From Caldisericota bacterium (GTDB lineage Bacteria > Caldisericota > Caldisericia > Cryosericales > Cryosericaceae), in NCBI GenBank assembly GCA_026390195.1, contig JAPLGK010000024.1, forward strand, positions 1-51,768: a DNA stretch of 51,768 bases, written 5' to 3'. A program made the position numbers and the translations under genes. The notes under the pieces are model-generated. The model ran no database searches, was not told the DNA's origin, and was given only the letters and a program-made list of their open reading frames with translations. This document shows, in pieces, positions 1-9,169 of this stretch (position 1 is the stretch's first letter; the number at the start of each line of letters is the position of its first letter).

Positions 1-1
1 T

Positions 2-493
2 GGGCCTGACGAGATAGAGGATCTAAGAGGACTTTTCCTCGAGGCTGAACTCGAAGCCGAGGAAATTGCATCCGAAAATGTCAAGAACATGGAGTTTTCG
101 AAGCTCTTTACGAATCTGTTGGGAATGTCTTCCTCTTCGTATGGATTGACCATTGAAGAGGGTTTTGCAGACAAGAAGGTTTTCGAGGAAGAAATTGAAT
201 CGTTGAGAGAGTATGCAAGAACAGTCAAGGAAAGTGGAGGAAGATTCTTGAATTTGCACCGCTATCCAACACGTCTGTATGCTTCTTTGGTTAGCTCTCT
301 TCCTCTGCCCCTTCTGAGCCTTTTCAGAAAGCGGATTGCCAAAGCAATTACGAAAGAGAGAGGAAGGAAGGGAAAAGGCAACGTTGACGAAATTGACTAC
401 TATAACGGGGCAGTCGTGAAAATTGGGGAGCGATTCAACGTTGATACTCCGGTGAATAGGAAGATCTGCCAAACGATGAAGGCAAGGGGATGA
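2..493 (+). CDS. Ketopantoate reductase (ApbA/PanE)-family protein, C-terminal part; 5' end outside window
   Basis: Frame is open from base 2. SKLFTNL and EIDYYNGAVVKIGERFNVDTPVN resemble the ApbA C-terminal domain. Low GC. Confidence 0.6.
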   Translation, partial: GPDEIEDLRGLFLEAELEAEEIASENVKNMEFSKLFTNLLGMSSSSYGLTIEEGFADKKVFEEEIESLREYARTVKESGGRFLNLHRYPTRLYASLVSSLPLPLLSLFRKRIAKAITKERGRKGKGNVDEIDYYNGAVVKIGERFNVDTPVNRKICQTMKARG

Positions 494-1080
494 CTGTGTT
501 CATTGTGCTTTCGATTGCCGCCTATCTTTTGGGCTCTATTCCTTTTGGTTTTCTGGTAGGCAAATCGAAGGGAGTGGACGTAAGGACGATTGGCTCAAAG
601 TGTGCCTCATCGACAAATGTCTCAAGGGCGCTTGGCTGGAAGTGGGGGGTTGTCTCGGCACTCCTCGATTTCTCAAAGGGCTTCTTGCCAGCATACTTGG
701 CCGAGACGCTCTTGACGAGTCACTGGCAGATTGTGATCGTCGCATTGCTCCCCACCGTTGGACAGGTCCTCCCGATCTTTCTTAGATTCAAAGGAGGAAA
801 GGGTGCCTCCACTTTCTATGGCGCAACTCTTGCATTCATAGGGCCACGGTATTTTGTCTATTTCTTCCCTGTCTTGTTGCTCACCTTTCTTGTGACCAAG
901 AAAACGAGTTTGTCTAACTTAATATTCTCGTGGGTCCTGGTAGTTTTGATGTACATCTTCTTTCCATCATACTACGCCATCTTCGCATTGTTGGGGGCAT
1001 CCTTCTTAGTGTTTGCTTTGAGGGACAATATCAAGAGACTTCACAAAGGAACTGAGCCTGATACACCCCTTACGTGGTAA
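490..1080 (+). CDS. plsY: Glycerol-3-phosphate acyltransferase PlsY family (divergent motifs)
   Basis: AYLLGSIPFG, DVRTIGS...TNVSR, DFSKG, FKGGKG, NIKRL..GTE; multi-TM; ATGA overlap with upstream gene. Confidence 0.8.
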   Translation: MTVFIVLSIAAYLLGSIPFGFLVGKSKGVDVRTIGSKCASSTNVSRALGWKWGVVSALLDFSKGFLPAYLAETLLTSHWQIVIVALLPTVGQVLPIFLRFKGGKGASTFYGATLAFIGPRYFVYFFPVLLLTFLVTKKTSLSNLIFSWVLVVLMYIFFPSYYAIFALLGASFLVFALRDNIKRLHKGTEPDTPLTW

Positions 1081-1739
1081 CCAGACACTTATTCTTGAGA
1101 GTTCTTGCTTGAACCGTCATCATATCCAATACGAGAAGTCGCAGGCGAACGAGATCGAGTGGACGGGCAGCTTGCGCGTGTGGCATCTTCTGTGACAAGA
1201 GGGGTACTACTGTTTGGTGGGACAGAGCAGGGTGAGATGACTCACTGCCCCGTTGGAACAGGAGAGGGTTGTGGAGGTCATTTCTACTTGTGGGCGGGGA
1301 TGTGGGTCCGGTGCCATGCGGATCAGGATATACCCATAAGGAGTTGAAACAAACCCATGAGCGACCCGATTCGCGAGTGCTGCTTCATCGTCCCGGACGC
1401 GGACGCTGCCCCACGCGACCCTCACCGGCGCATACAAGTGGCAGTCGGCCGCGCACGTCCGAGGGCTCCACCGACATCCGCTCACAGCTGGGCATGCGGC
1501 AGTTCACGGGGCCACACTGATCTTCGGGGACAGCCGCTCACCCCAACCCTGAGTGGAACGTTTGCTGGGAGCTTCATGGACCCGACTCCGCCCAAAGGGA
1601 GTGAGCTGCCGGTCGCGTTCATGACATCGTTCGACGCTGGTTGCACGGGCGTGGCGTTTCCCTTGTGTGACAGTATACTGGATCATAGATTCGCACAGGT
1701 CGTATCACCACAGTAGCTTTGCAGACAAAGGAGAGGGAC

Positions 1740-2081
1740 ATGGAGATGATCGGAGCGTGCGGGCTCGCATGTACGTCATGCCCAGCCTACGTCGCCGGCA
1801 GGACCCCCGACAGGGAGTTGCAGGAGAAGACGGCCGCCGCGTGGTCGGCAGCCTACGGCATCAAGGTCAAGCCCGAGGACGTCGTCTGCGACGGGTGCCA
1901 GTCGGCAGGTCCACGGCTGTTCTCTCACTGTACCGTCTGCGACGTGCGGGCGTGCGCCCATGGCAAGGGCTACGCCACCTGCGCGGAGTGTGACGAGTAC
2001 AACAAGTGCAAGACCATCAATGGGTTCTTTGGGTTCTGCCCCGAGGCGAAACCCATCTTGGACGGCTTGAGAGCGAAGTAG
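1740..2081 (+). CDS. DUF3795-type Cys-rich (Fe-S/Zn) protein
   Basis: CGLACTSCPAY, CDGC, C..C.VR.CA..KG...CAEC pattern; SD AAGGAGAGG before ATG 1740. Confidence 0.75.
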   Translation: MEMIGACGLACTSCPAYVAGRTPDRELQEKTAAAWSAAYGIKVKPEDVVCDGCQSAGPRLFSHCTVCDVRACAHGKGYATCAECDEYNKCKTINGFFGFCPEAKPILDGLRAK

Positions 2082-2179
2082 CGCGCCATCGATCATACAG
2101 TGCTCCAGACTGCTTGCCAGGGCGCTCGGCAGGCTCATGGCGCGTAGATGAGGTTTGAGGGGTCCGTGCGCGAAGCGAT

Positions 2180-3358
2180 ATGAGCGTCTGGTCCGTCGTC
2201 GCTTTCATCTATGTCGGAGCCGGCGCCGTGTGGTGGCTGGCCATGCTGGGCGCATTCCTCCGGACCAGGCAAGCTGTCCCGTTCGTCCGCGATTTCAACG
2301 ACCCGGCCCCTGCGCAGTGGCCCCGGGTGTCGATTGTAATTCCGGCATGCAACGAAGAGGAGGCCATCGAGCCGGCCGTGCGGAGTCGCCTCCTCGACGC
2401 ATATCCCAACCTGGAAGTCATCCTCGTCGACGATCGGTCGACCGACGGGACAGGAGCCGCCATCGACCGGCTTGCCGCGGAAGATGCAAGAGTCGTGCCG
2501 GTGCACGTCACCGAACTGCCGGCGGACTGGCTGGGCAAGCAGCACGCGATGCAAACTGGTCTGGAACACGTCACCGGTGACTGGGTCCTCTTCACGGACG
2601 CGGATGTCCATGCTGTGCCCGGTTGCCTGCACAGAGCGGTGGCCAGATGTGAGGCTCGCGGGTTCGACCTACTGGCAATCATCCCCGAACTGCGGTCGAC
2701 AGGATTCGTCCTGGATGCCGTCATAGCCCAATTCCTGCGAACGGTTCTGGTTGCCGCCCGCCCCTGGGCCGTCGAGGACCCGCGTACGGACGCGGGCGTC
2801 GGGGCAGGAGCATTCTCGCTCGTGCGACGTTCGGTCCTTGACCGGTCACCCGGACTGGCGTGGCTGAGACTGGAGCTGGGTGACGACATCGCGCTGGGGC
2901 AGATGCTCAAGGCGTCGGGTGCCCGCTGCTCACTGGCGATGGGTCGCGGCATGCTGGACGTCCTCTTCTACCCGACCATGGGCGCGATGGCCCGCGCGGC
3001 CGAGCGTGCTGGGTTCACTTCCATTGGACACTTCAGCCTGCCTCGCATCGTGGCGGAGATCGCAGGGTACTGGGCAATGGAGTTCGCGCCATACGCCGCG
3101 CTCGCATTCTGGCGCATCCCTATGTTGCAGATTGTGGGAGCCATACTCGTCATCCTGGCTCAGGTGACCTGTGTTTCGTTGAACAGATGGGCGGGAGCTC
3201 GTACGCTGCCCGCCGTGGCGCAGCCCCTTGGGGCGGCGATGAACGGTATCCTCATGTTGCGGGCCGGCGTCCTGGGAACCATCCGTGGCGGCGTGTGGTG
3301 GCGCGGGACCTTCTACTCATCTTCGCTGCTGCGCAAGGGGCGCCGGGTGCGCTTGTAG
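2180..3358 (+). CDS. Glycosyltransferase family 2 (HpnB/CrtQ-like, membrane-bound)
   Basis: VSIVIPACNEE, VDDRSTDGT, WLGKQHA, LFTDAD, GDDIALG, terminal WRG; flanking TMs. Confidence 0.85.
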   Translation: MSVWSVVAFIYVGAGAVWWLAMLGAFLRTRQAVPFVRDFNDPAPAQWPRVSIVIPACNEEEAIEPAVRSRLLDAYPNLEVILVDDRSTDGTGAAIDRLAAEDARVVPVHVTELPADWLGKQHAMQTGLEHVTGDWVLFTDADVHAVPGCLHRAVARCEARGFDLLAIIPELRSTGFVLDAVIAQFLRTVLVAARPWAVEDPRTDAGVGAGAFSLVRRSVLDRSPGLAWLRLELGDDIALGQMLKASGARCSLAMGRGMLDVLFYPTMGAMARAAERAGFTSIGHFSLPRIVAEIAGYWAMEFAPYAALAFWRIPMLQIVGAILVILAQVTCVSLNRWAGARTLPAVAQPLGAAMNGILMLRAGVLGTIRGGVWWRGTFYSSSLLRKGRRVRL

Positions 3359-3406
3359 CGGACCAGCATGACAAGCTCAGAACATAGTGGTCCAGAGGAG
3401 GCTTGC

Positions 3407-4333
3407 GTGTCGACTGACGACGACGGCATGATGGTACCGGCCGGACTTTCGAAGCAGCAGGTGAGTCAGGTTCGGGCTCTTGCGGGCTTCTGTGAAGCAA
3501 GAGACGAGTATTCGATGGAGGCCCGGCTGGACCTCGGCACGCTGGAGACACGGCCGGAGGGTTCAGTCAGTGATGTGCTGTGGTACGAGAGTGGACAGCT
3601 TGTCGGGTTTGCGGGCATGTACAGCTGCGACGACCCATCGGAAGTCGAGGCAAGTATTCTCGTCCATCCCGATTTCCGCAGGAGGGGCATCGGGCGCTGG
3701 ATGGCGCGCGCCGTGGTGAGAGAATGCCAGAAGCGCGGAGTCCGGCGGCTTCTGTTCGTCATGCCACAGGAGTCGCGGGAGGGCGCCGACTTCGCTCGTG
3801 CGATGGGGACGCAGCACTCCCACAGCGAGTACACGATGGACCTTGACGTGACGCGGATTCCCTCGTTCGAGACCACTCCTGACCCAGTGGAACTCCGGCT
3901 CGCGGGCGCCGAGGACGTGCCCGTCATGGCGGCGATTGTTGCGTCAGCGTTTGCAGAATCAGCTCAGGAAGAGGAACGGGTGCTCGTGCGCCTGATGAAG
4001 GACCCTGCGCATACGACCTACCTTGCGGCGCAGGACGGGCGGCCCGTTGGCGTCATCCAGTCGGCCGTCAACGATGGACGCGTGTTTATCATCCACTTCG
4101 CAGTGCGGCCGGAGATGCAGGGACAGGGCATTGGGCGACAGATGCTGCTGGCCATCGTCCGCGGCCTGCTGAACAGCGGCAGCCAGCGGATCACCATCGA
4201 GGTCGAGACGGAGAACCAAAACACCCTTTCCCTGTACCAGCGGTGTGGTTTTGTGATGGTCAGTACCACGGACTACGAACTGCTGGAGCTGCCCAGGATC
4301 CCCATGGCTCCCGAGCTCCTGTTCGACCGCTAA
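3407..4333 (+). CDS. Tandem-domain GNAT acetyltransferase
   Basis: Two acetyl-CoA motifs (VHPDFRRRGIG, VRPEMQGQGIG) and LYQRCGF; GTG start after AGAGGAG (alternative ATG 3368). Confidence 0.85.
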   Translation: MSTDDDGMMVPAGLSKQQVSQVRALAGFCEARDEYSMEARLDLGTLETRPEGSVSDVLWYESGQLVGFAGMYSCDDPSEVEASILVHPDFRRRGIGRWMARAVVRECQKRGVRRLLFVMPQESREGADFARAMGTQHSHSEYTMDLDVTRIPSFETTPDPVELRLAGAEDVPVMAAIVASAFAESAQEEERVLVRLMKDPAHTTYLAAQDGRPVGVIQSAVNDGRVFIIHFAVRPEMQGQGIGRQMLLAIVRGLLNSGSQRITIEVETENQNTLSLYQRCGFVMVSTTDYELLELPRIPMAPELLFDR

Positions 4334-4356
4334 GTACCACCCCTTTCGGCCGCTGG

Positions 4357-5232
4357 CTACATGCCGGATTTCGCAGACAGGCCGGTCAACTCCTCGGTGA
4401 TGCGCCAGAGGCGCTGCTGAGCGGCGACGTCGTACGAAGCGCGCGAGGACCGGACCGCGCGTCTGCGCTGGAAGTAGCGGCCGGCAACGCCCTCGACATC
4501 AGGTGATGATGCCAGCCAGACGCCAGTGTCCGCGCCTTGCTCTGGATTTAGTCCAGAGAATCGGTCCAGCATCCGTTTGACAAACCCGATGAGCCAGCCG
4601 CTGTCCATGCAGATGTTCGTGTGCACCAGGCCAGGGTTGACGGCGTTGGCAGTGACCCTGCTTCCCTCCAGCCGCCTCGCCAGTTCGTAGACAAACAGCA
4701 GGTTCGCCAGCTTGGACTGTGCGTACGCCTGCTGGGAGAAGTAGAAGTGCTCACCCTGCAGGTTGTCCCAGTACATGCGCCCGTGCCGGTGCTCATACGA
4801 AGATGTGACGATGATGCGTGACGGAGCGCTGCTCCGCAGCACGGGAAGCAGGAAGCTGGTGAGCAGGAAGGGTGCCAGGTGGTTGACCGCGAAGACTTCC
4901 TCGTACCCGTCGACGGTGGTGCGCCGTGTCGGGAAGACCGTTCCCGCGTTGTCGACCAGGACGTACAGGCGGTCCCAGCGGTCCACAAACGTGCGGGCGA
5001 GACCGCGAACCTCGGCCATCGACGCGAGGTTGGCACGCAGGAAGTGCACATCGTCATTACCAGTTCGCTGACTGATGCCGGACACAAGGGTCTGTCCTCG
5101 CTCGGCGCTTCGGCCGGTGGCAACGACCGTCGCTCCCATGCCGGCAAGAGCCTCCACTGTGGCCGCGCCGATGCCGCGCGTGGCCCCCGTGACCAGGCAT
5201 ACCCTGCCCTGCAACACTTGGGATGGACCCAT
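4357..5232 (-). CDS. SDR oxidoreductase (retinol dehydrogenase-like)
   Basis: TGATRGIG, DNAG, VNHLAPF, YAQSK catalytic motif; start taken at MGPSQ just after the Pnkp stop. Confidence 0.9.
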   Translation of the reverse strand: MGPSQVLQGRVCLVTGATRGIGAATVEALAGMGATVVATGRSAERGQTLVSGISQRTGNDDVHFLRANLASMAEVRGLARTFVDRWDRLYVLVDNAGTVFPTRRTTVDGYEEVFAVNHLAPFLLTSFLLPVLRSSAPSRIIVTSSYEHRHGRMYWDNLQGEHFYFSQQAYAQSKLANLLFVYELARRLEGSRVTANAVNPGLVHTNICMDSGWLIGFVKRMLDRFSGLNPEQGADTGVWLASSPDVEGVAGRYFQRRRAVRSSRASYDVAAQQRLWRITEELTGLSAKSGM

Positions 5233-5237
5233 TTGTG

Positions 5238-6524
5238 TTACAGTGGCTTGATGGGTGCGGAGTAGACGCGCGCAGCGGGCACGCTGACCAGCTCGCGCTC
5301 GGGGTAGCGCAGTGCAGTCAGGCTGCCTCCATGGACGCAACCGGTGTCGATGTTGATGCTGTTCCCGACCCATACCGCTTCGGCGACGGGCAAGTGTCCC
5401 CAGACGACGACCGCCTCGCTCTCGTACGCGTGGGCCCAGTCCACCATGACCTTGAGCCCGAATTCATCCCGCCGGCCCGTCGGGGTGCCAAACAGGGCGA
5501 TGTCGCGGGCCCGCGGCGAGTCCACGCCGTGAAGTTCCTGCGGCAGGCCCGCATGCGCCACCACCAGGCCGCCGCCGTTCAGGATGAGGTGTGAGGGAAG
5601 TCCGTCCAGAAAGTCGCGGACAAGCGCCTGCATCTCCTCGCCCGCTGCACTCAGTTCCTGCAGTGTACGGTCGAGGCCGTTGCTGATCTTGACCGGGGCT
5701 CCCTGCAATGCCCTGAGCAGCTTGTCGTCGTGGTTGCCTGGCACGGCCAGGGCGGCGCCGGAACGGACCATCGCCATGACGATGAGAAGCGAGCGGACAT
5801 TGTCGGGTCCGCGGTCCGTGAAGTCGCCGACAAAGACGGCCGTCCTGCCCTCTGGCGCCATGATGCGAGGAATCAGGGCATCCGGGTTCTCAACCTTGTA
5901 GCCCATAACCTTGAGCAGGGACAGGAGTTCATCACAGCACCCATGGACGTCACCGATCATGTCGAAGGATCCAGTCTTGTCGCGCCACATGGACGGCGAG
6001 AAACGGGCAGGCGCTCCGAAGGCATCTGCCTCTTCCGCGGAATGCAGGACAGTCACGGGGTCGAATCCCTCATGCCTCAGTGTATCGGTGCTGACGGGCG
6101 CCTGGGCACACTGACGGTCGACGACGAAGTCCCCTACGACACGGTCCACCCGCTGGCGATTGCGTTCCTTGCACACCTGGGGTGGAAGCTCGAACAGGAT
6201 GGCCATACACGGTCGATGATAACGGGCTGCAAGCTCCAGCAGGGGCCGGCGCGCCTTGGCCTGAACGTTCGTGGCGTCGACGACCGTGAGGCGGCCGGCG
6301 CGCAGGCGTTGTTCAACGATAGAGTGGAGCACCGCAAATGCCGCCGTAGTCGCCGCCTGGTCCGCTTCGTCGTCCGCGACCATGGCGCGGCAGGCATCCG
6401 ACGACACGATCTGGGTCGACTTGAAGTGTTGCCGTGCAAAGGTCGACTTGCCCGACCCGGACGGGCCGACAAGCACGACGAGCGTCCCCTGTGCGATGCC
6501 GTGTCCTGTGGGCTGAGTGGTCAT
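5238..6524 (-). CDS. Polynucleotide kinase-phosphatase (Pnkp-like; kinase + metallophosphoesterase only)
   Basis: GPSGSGKSTF, SSD, VVDATN; GDVHG, GDFTDRGP, GNHD, DTGCVHGG, LTALRYPERE. Confidence 0.85.
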   Translation of the reverse strand: MTTQPTGHGIAQGTLVVLVGPSGSGKSTFARQHFKSTQIVSSDACRAMVADDEADQAATTAAFAVLHSIVEQRLRAGRLTVVDATNVQAKARRPLLELAARYHRPCMAILFELPPQVCKERNRQRVDRVVGDFVVDRQCAQAPVSTDTLRHEGFDPVTVLHSAEEADAFGAPARFSPSMWRDKTGSFDMIGDVHGCCDELLSLLKVMGYKVENPDALIPRIMAPEGRTAVFVGDFTDRGPDNVRSLLIVMAMVRSGAALAVPGNHDDKLLRALQGAPVKISNGLDRTLQELSAAGEEMQALVRDFLDGLPSHLILNGGGLVVAHAGLPQELHGVDSPRARDIALFGTPTGRRDEFGLKVMVDWAHAYESEAVVVWGHLPVAEAVWVGNSINIDTGCVHGGSLTALRYPERELVSVPAARVYSAPIKPL

Positions 6525-8239
6525 GGAAGAAGGTACCCCCTTGCTGTCAGAAGGTCGAGGTAGTGCCGTGCTTCGCCGAGGACGGCAGCCGGCGCGTCGA
6601 ATTCCGCGGCGGCCAGCTTCAAGGCATCCTCACGGGCCATGCCCAGCTGGATGAAGTTGACGACTTCTTCCTTGAGGTTGTACCAGCAGGGGAAGTCGCG
6701 CATCAGGCGGTCATTCCACTGGAGGTCGTCCGGGGTCATCCACACCTCCTCGATAGGGCCGATGACCGGGACCCTGGGCTGGAATGCAGGGATGGGAGCG
6801 GTGGTTCCCGTCGCGGCCAGTTCAGCGCGGACGACCGGGGTATCGGCGGTCTCCTGTAACGCGAGGAGGGCGGCACGGGTACGCCGAGCCACCCAGTCCC
6901 GTATCAATGGGTCGTTGTACCGTACGGTGTCTGCCAGTCCCCGTTCACGTATGCGGGCTGCGATGACGGCGGCCCGCTCGTCCGGGATGCCGGAGACAAG
7001 GTCCGCAAGAGTATCCAGAACGCCGCGACCCACCCACTCGAAGGACTGGACGCTGGACTTGTCCGGCGTGTCGTCGCTGGAGTGATAGAAGCGGTCGGGC
7101 CACTGGGTCAGCGACAGAGCAGGGACGTGGACGCTCACGTCGTTGAGAATGGCGTGGTCGGAGCCCCATGTGAACCCGGTGAGCGTCAGGCGGAAGTCGT
7201 GACTGGTCAGGTTGACGGCCATGAGATCCGCAATGAACGACGGCAGTGACCACGGCGTCGCGGTGACTTCCAGGGTGGAGCCGGTTTTCGTCTGGTCTTC
7301 GCCGACCATGTCCATGTTGATGGCGCATGCCAGATCGGGCTTCTGGTCGACAAGCCATGCGATTGTGCCGTAGAACTCGGGCATCCACAGGGCGATGACC
7401 TCACGCTCCAGCGGCACGGTCTGGAGGACTCGCACAAGTTCGGCCAGCAAAGCGGCCCCGCTGGCGTTGTCGTTCGCGCCCGGACGGGGGTGGCACAGAT
7501 GTGCCAGCAGAAGGATGGGCTTCTGCGCTCCTGGAGTACCGACGTGAGCTTCCAGCACCTGCAGGTCACCCGTGCCGGCGTCAGCGTCAAAGAAGGCGTC
7601 GACTTCGACAACTTCTTCTGCGACCATGTCCTGCAGACGCTTGAACGTACGGTGACTGACGCTGAAGCCGAAGCCCTCGCCCCGCGCCTCAGACCCGAAC
7701 GAGGCGTAGTTCACCGTGTCGGGCATTTCCTCAGGTGTCCGGCCGATGCGGGCGTCCTGCGAAAGCATGAATGCTGTGATGATGCAGCGTGCCCCGCGGC
7801 CCACGATGGCTTCGCGGTAGACGACCGGAGGTTTGCCGTTGGCAAGGACAGCACAGCCGTCGACCGGATGAGCGTATGCGGCGTCCTCGGTGCCGGATCC
7901 GACGTCGACGAGGCGGAGACGCTCAATGCCGTGACTTGCCCCGGACAGGAAGATGCCGCCGATGGGCGCCATCCTCAGGTCGGGGACCAGCCACTCGCCG
8001 GTGGACAGGCGCAGGAAGCCGCTCTTGAGGTTCCAGGGGTGTGGCACGACATATCCCTGGCACGTGGTGCCACATGAATAGTGACGCACCATGCTTGCTC
8101 CCACAGACTTCTGCAATCGGGCGATGGCGTCGACAAACCCCTGCCCGCCCTTCGAGCGATGCAGGAGGGCAAGGTCGCGCTCCAGCTCCAGCGCATTCTG
8201 TGGGCAGAACTCCTGGAGCAGGTTTTCGCGGAGCGTCAT
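6521..8239 (-). CDS. DUF4910 / M28-like Zn aminopeptidase
   Basis: AHLCHPRPGANDNASG, PEFYG, NMDMVG, GSDH, YHSSDD. Confidence 0.8.
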   Translation of the reverse strand: MTLRENLLQEFCPQNALELERDLALLHRSKGGQGFVDAIARLQKSVGASMVRHYSCGTTCQGYVVPHPWNLKSGFLRLSTGEWLVPDLRMAPIGGIFLSGASHGIERLRLVDVGSGTEDAAYAHPVDGCAVLANGKPPVVYREAIVGRGARCIITAFMLSQDARIGRTPEEMPDTVNYASFGSEARGEGFGFSVSHRTFKRLQDMVAEEVVEVDAFFDADAGTGDLQVLEAHVGTPGAQKPILLLAHLCHPRPGANDNASGAALLAELVRVLQTVPLEREVIALWMPEFYGTIAWLVDQKPDLACAINMDMVGEDQTKTGSTLEVTATPWSLPSFIADLMAVNLTSHDFRLTLTGFTWGSDHAILNDVSVHVPALSLTQWPDRFYHSSDDTPDKSSVQSFEWVGRGVLDTLADLVSGIPDERAAVIAARIRERGLADTVRYNDPLIRDWVARRTRAALLALQETADTPVVRAELAATGTTAPIPAFQPRVPVIGPIEEVWMTPDDLQWNDRLMRDFPCWYNLKEEVVNFIQLGMAREDALKLAAAEFDAPAAVLGEARHYLDLLTARGYLLP

Positions 8240-8808
8240 CGTTCTCCGATAACCGGATTGCGCAGTTCAGACTCGAGCAGATCCATATAGACCATGTCGT
8301 AGCGCACGCGGTCGCGGACGATGGATTCGCGGAAGCTGCCGAACTCCCGAAAGCCGATCTTGTGGTACGCCTTGTCGCCGCGTGCATTGATGGACAGATG
8401 CCGCAGGAGGATGCTGTGCAGGTTCAGTTTGTCGAACCCGTAGCGGCACAGGAGGTACAGTGCTTCACTGCCGTACCCCTTGCTGAGATACTCCTTCTCA
8501 CCCACCAGGATGCCGACCTCGGCGGTGCCCTCCCTGTCGTTGACGTCGAACAGACTGCAGTCGCCGATGAGCTTCTGGTCACCAGCCAGCCGGATGTCCA
8601 TATGGACCATGTGGTGGCTGCCGGCTTTGGTGACGAAGTCATCGTACCACGCGTACTCTTGCTCCAATGTAAACACCCTGCCGTAGTCGAGCAGAAAGAT
8701 GTTCAGTTCGGGGTCCGTGATCCAGCGCAGGTACGCTGGGACGTCCTCGCGGCAGGCAGGCGTCAGGACGACCTTGGTTCCACTCATGATGACAGGCAGG
8801 TTCTCCAT
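8236..8808 (-). CDS. GNAT N-acetyltransferase, RimJ/RimL type
   Basis: AEVGILVGEKEYLSKGYGSEA, LNLHSI, N..G.KAYHKIGF; SD GGAGG. Confidence 0.85.
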   Translation of the reverse strand: MENLPVIMSGTKVVLTPACREDVPAYLRWITDPELNIFLLDYGRVFTLEQEYAWYDDFVTKAGSHHMVHMDIRLAGDQKLIGDCSLFDVNDREGTAEVGILVGEKEYLSKGYGSEALYLLCRYGFDKLNLHSILLRHLSINARGDKAYHKIGFREFGSFRESIVRDRVRYDMVYMDLLESELRNPVIGER

Positions 8809-8981
8809 GCTCCGACCTCCTCAGAATCGATGAGACCAGCATACCCACAAGGGCGCTGTGGTGCAAGTGTTCAGGCGGACGACAAAGGCTCTCCCGCACT
8901 GTACACGACTCCTGGCGGGTTCTGTCGCAAGAGAGACGACGAGATGTTCAACGGCAACTCAGGGTCACGCAGCGCCGGTTT

Positions 8982-9009
8982 TTGACACCAGGCCTCCAGG
9001 GCGTATACT
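8982..9009 (+). promoter_or_regulatory. sigma70-type promoter for the ABC importer operon
   Basis: TTGACA-16bp-TATACT. Confidence 0.65.
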
Positions 9010-9169
9010 GTTGCCGGTCAAGAACAAACCGGCTTCAGTTCCGTCGCGGACTGTCGCTGTGGCCGTGCGCCGTCGTGCGTGTGGCTTCAGGTTCTGCGCC
9101 GTTGTGCGCTGTGCCTCCGGTGAAACGGGGCGTGTTGTCGCCGTAATCATCCACCTTGGAGGTTGTGCC

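Noticed and set aside
1357-1716. 119-aa ORF after TAAGGAG
   Set aside because: SD spacing too long (about 13 nt), no recognisable motif, and it overlaps the next gene's upstream region
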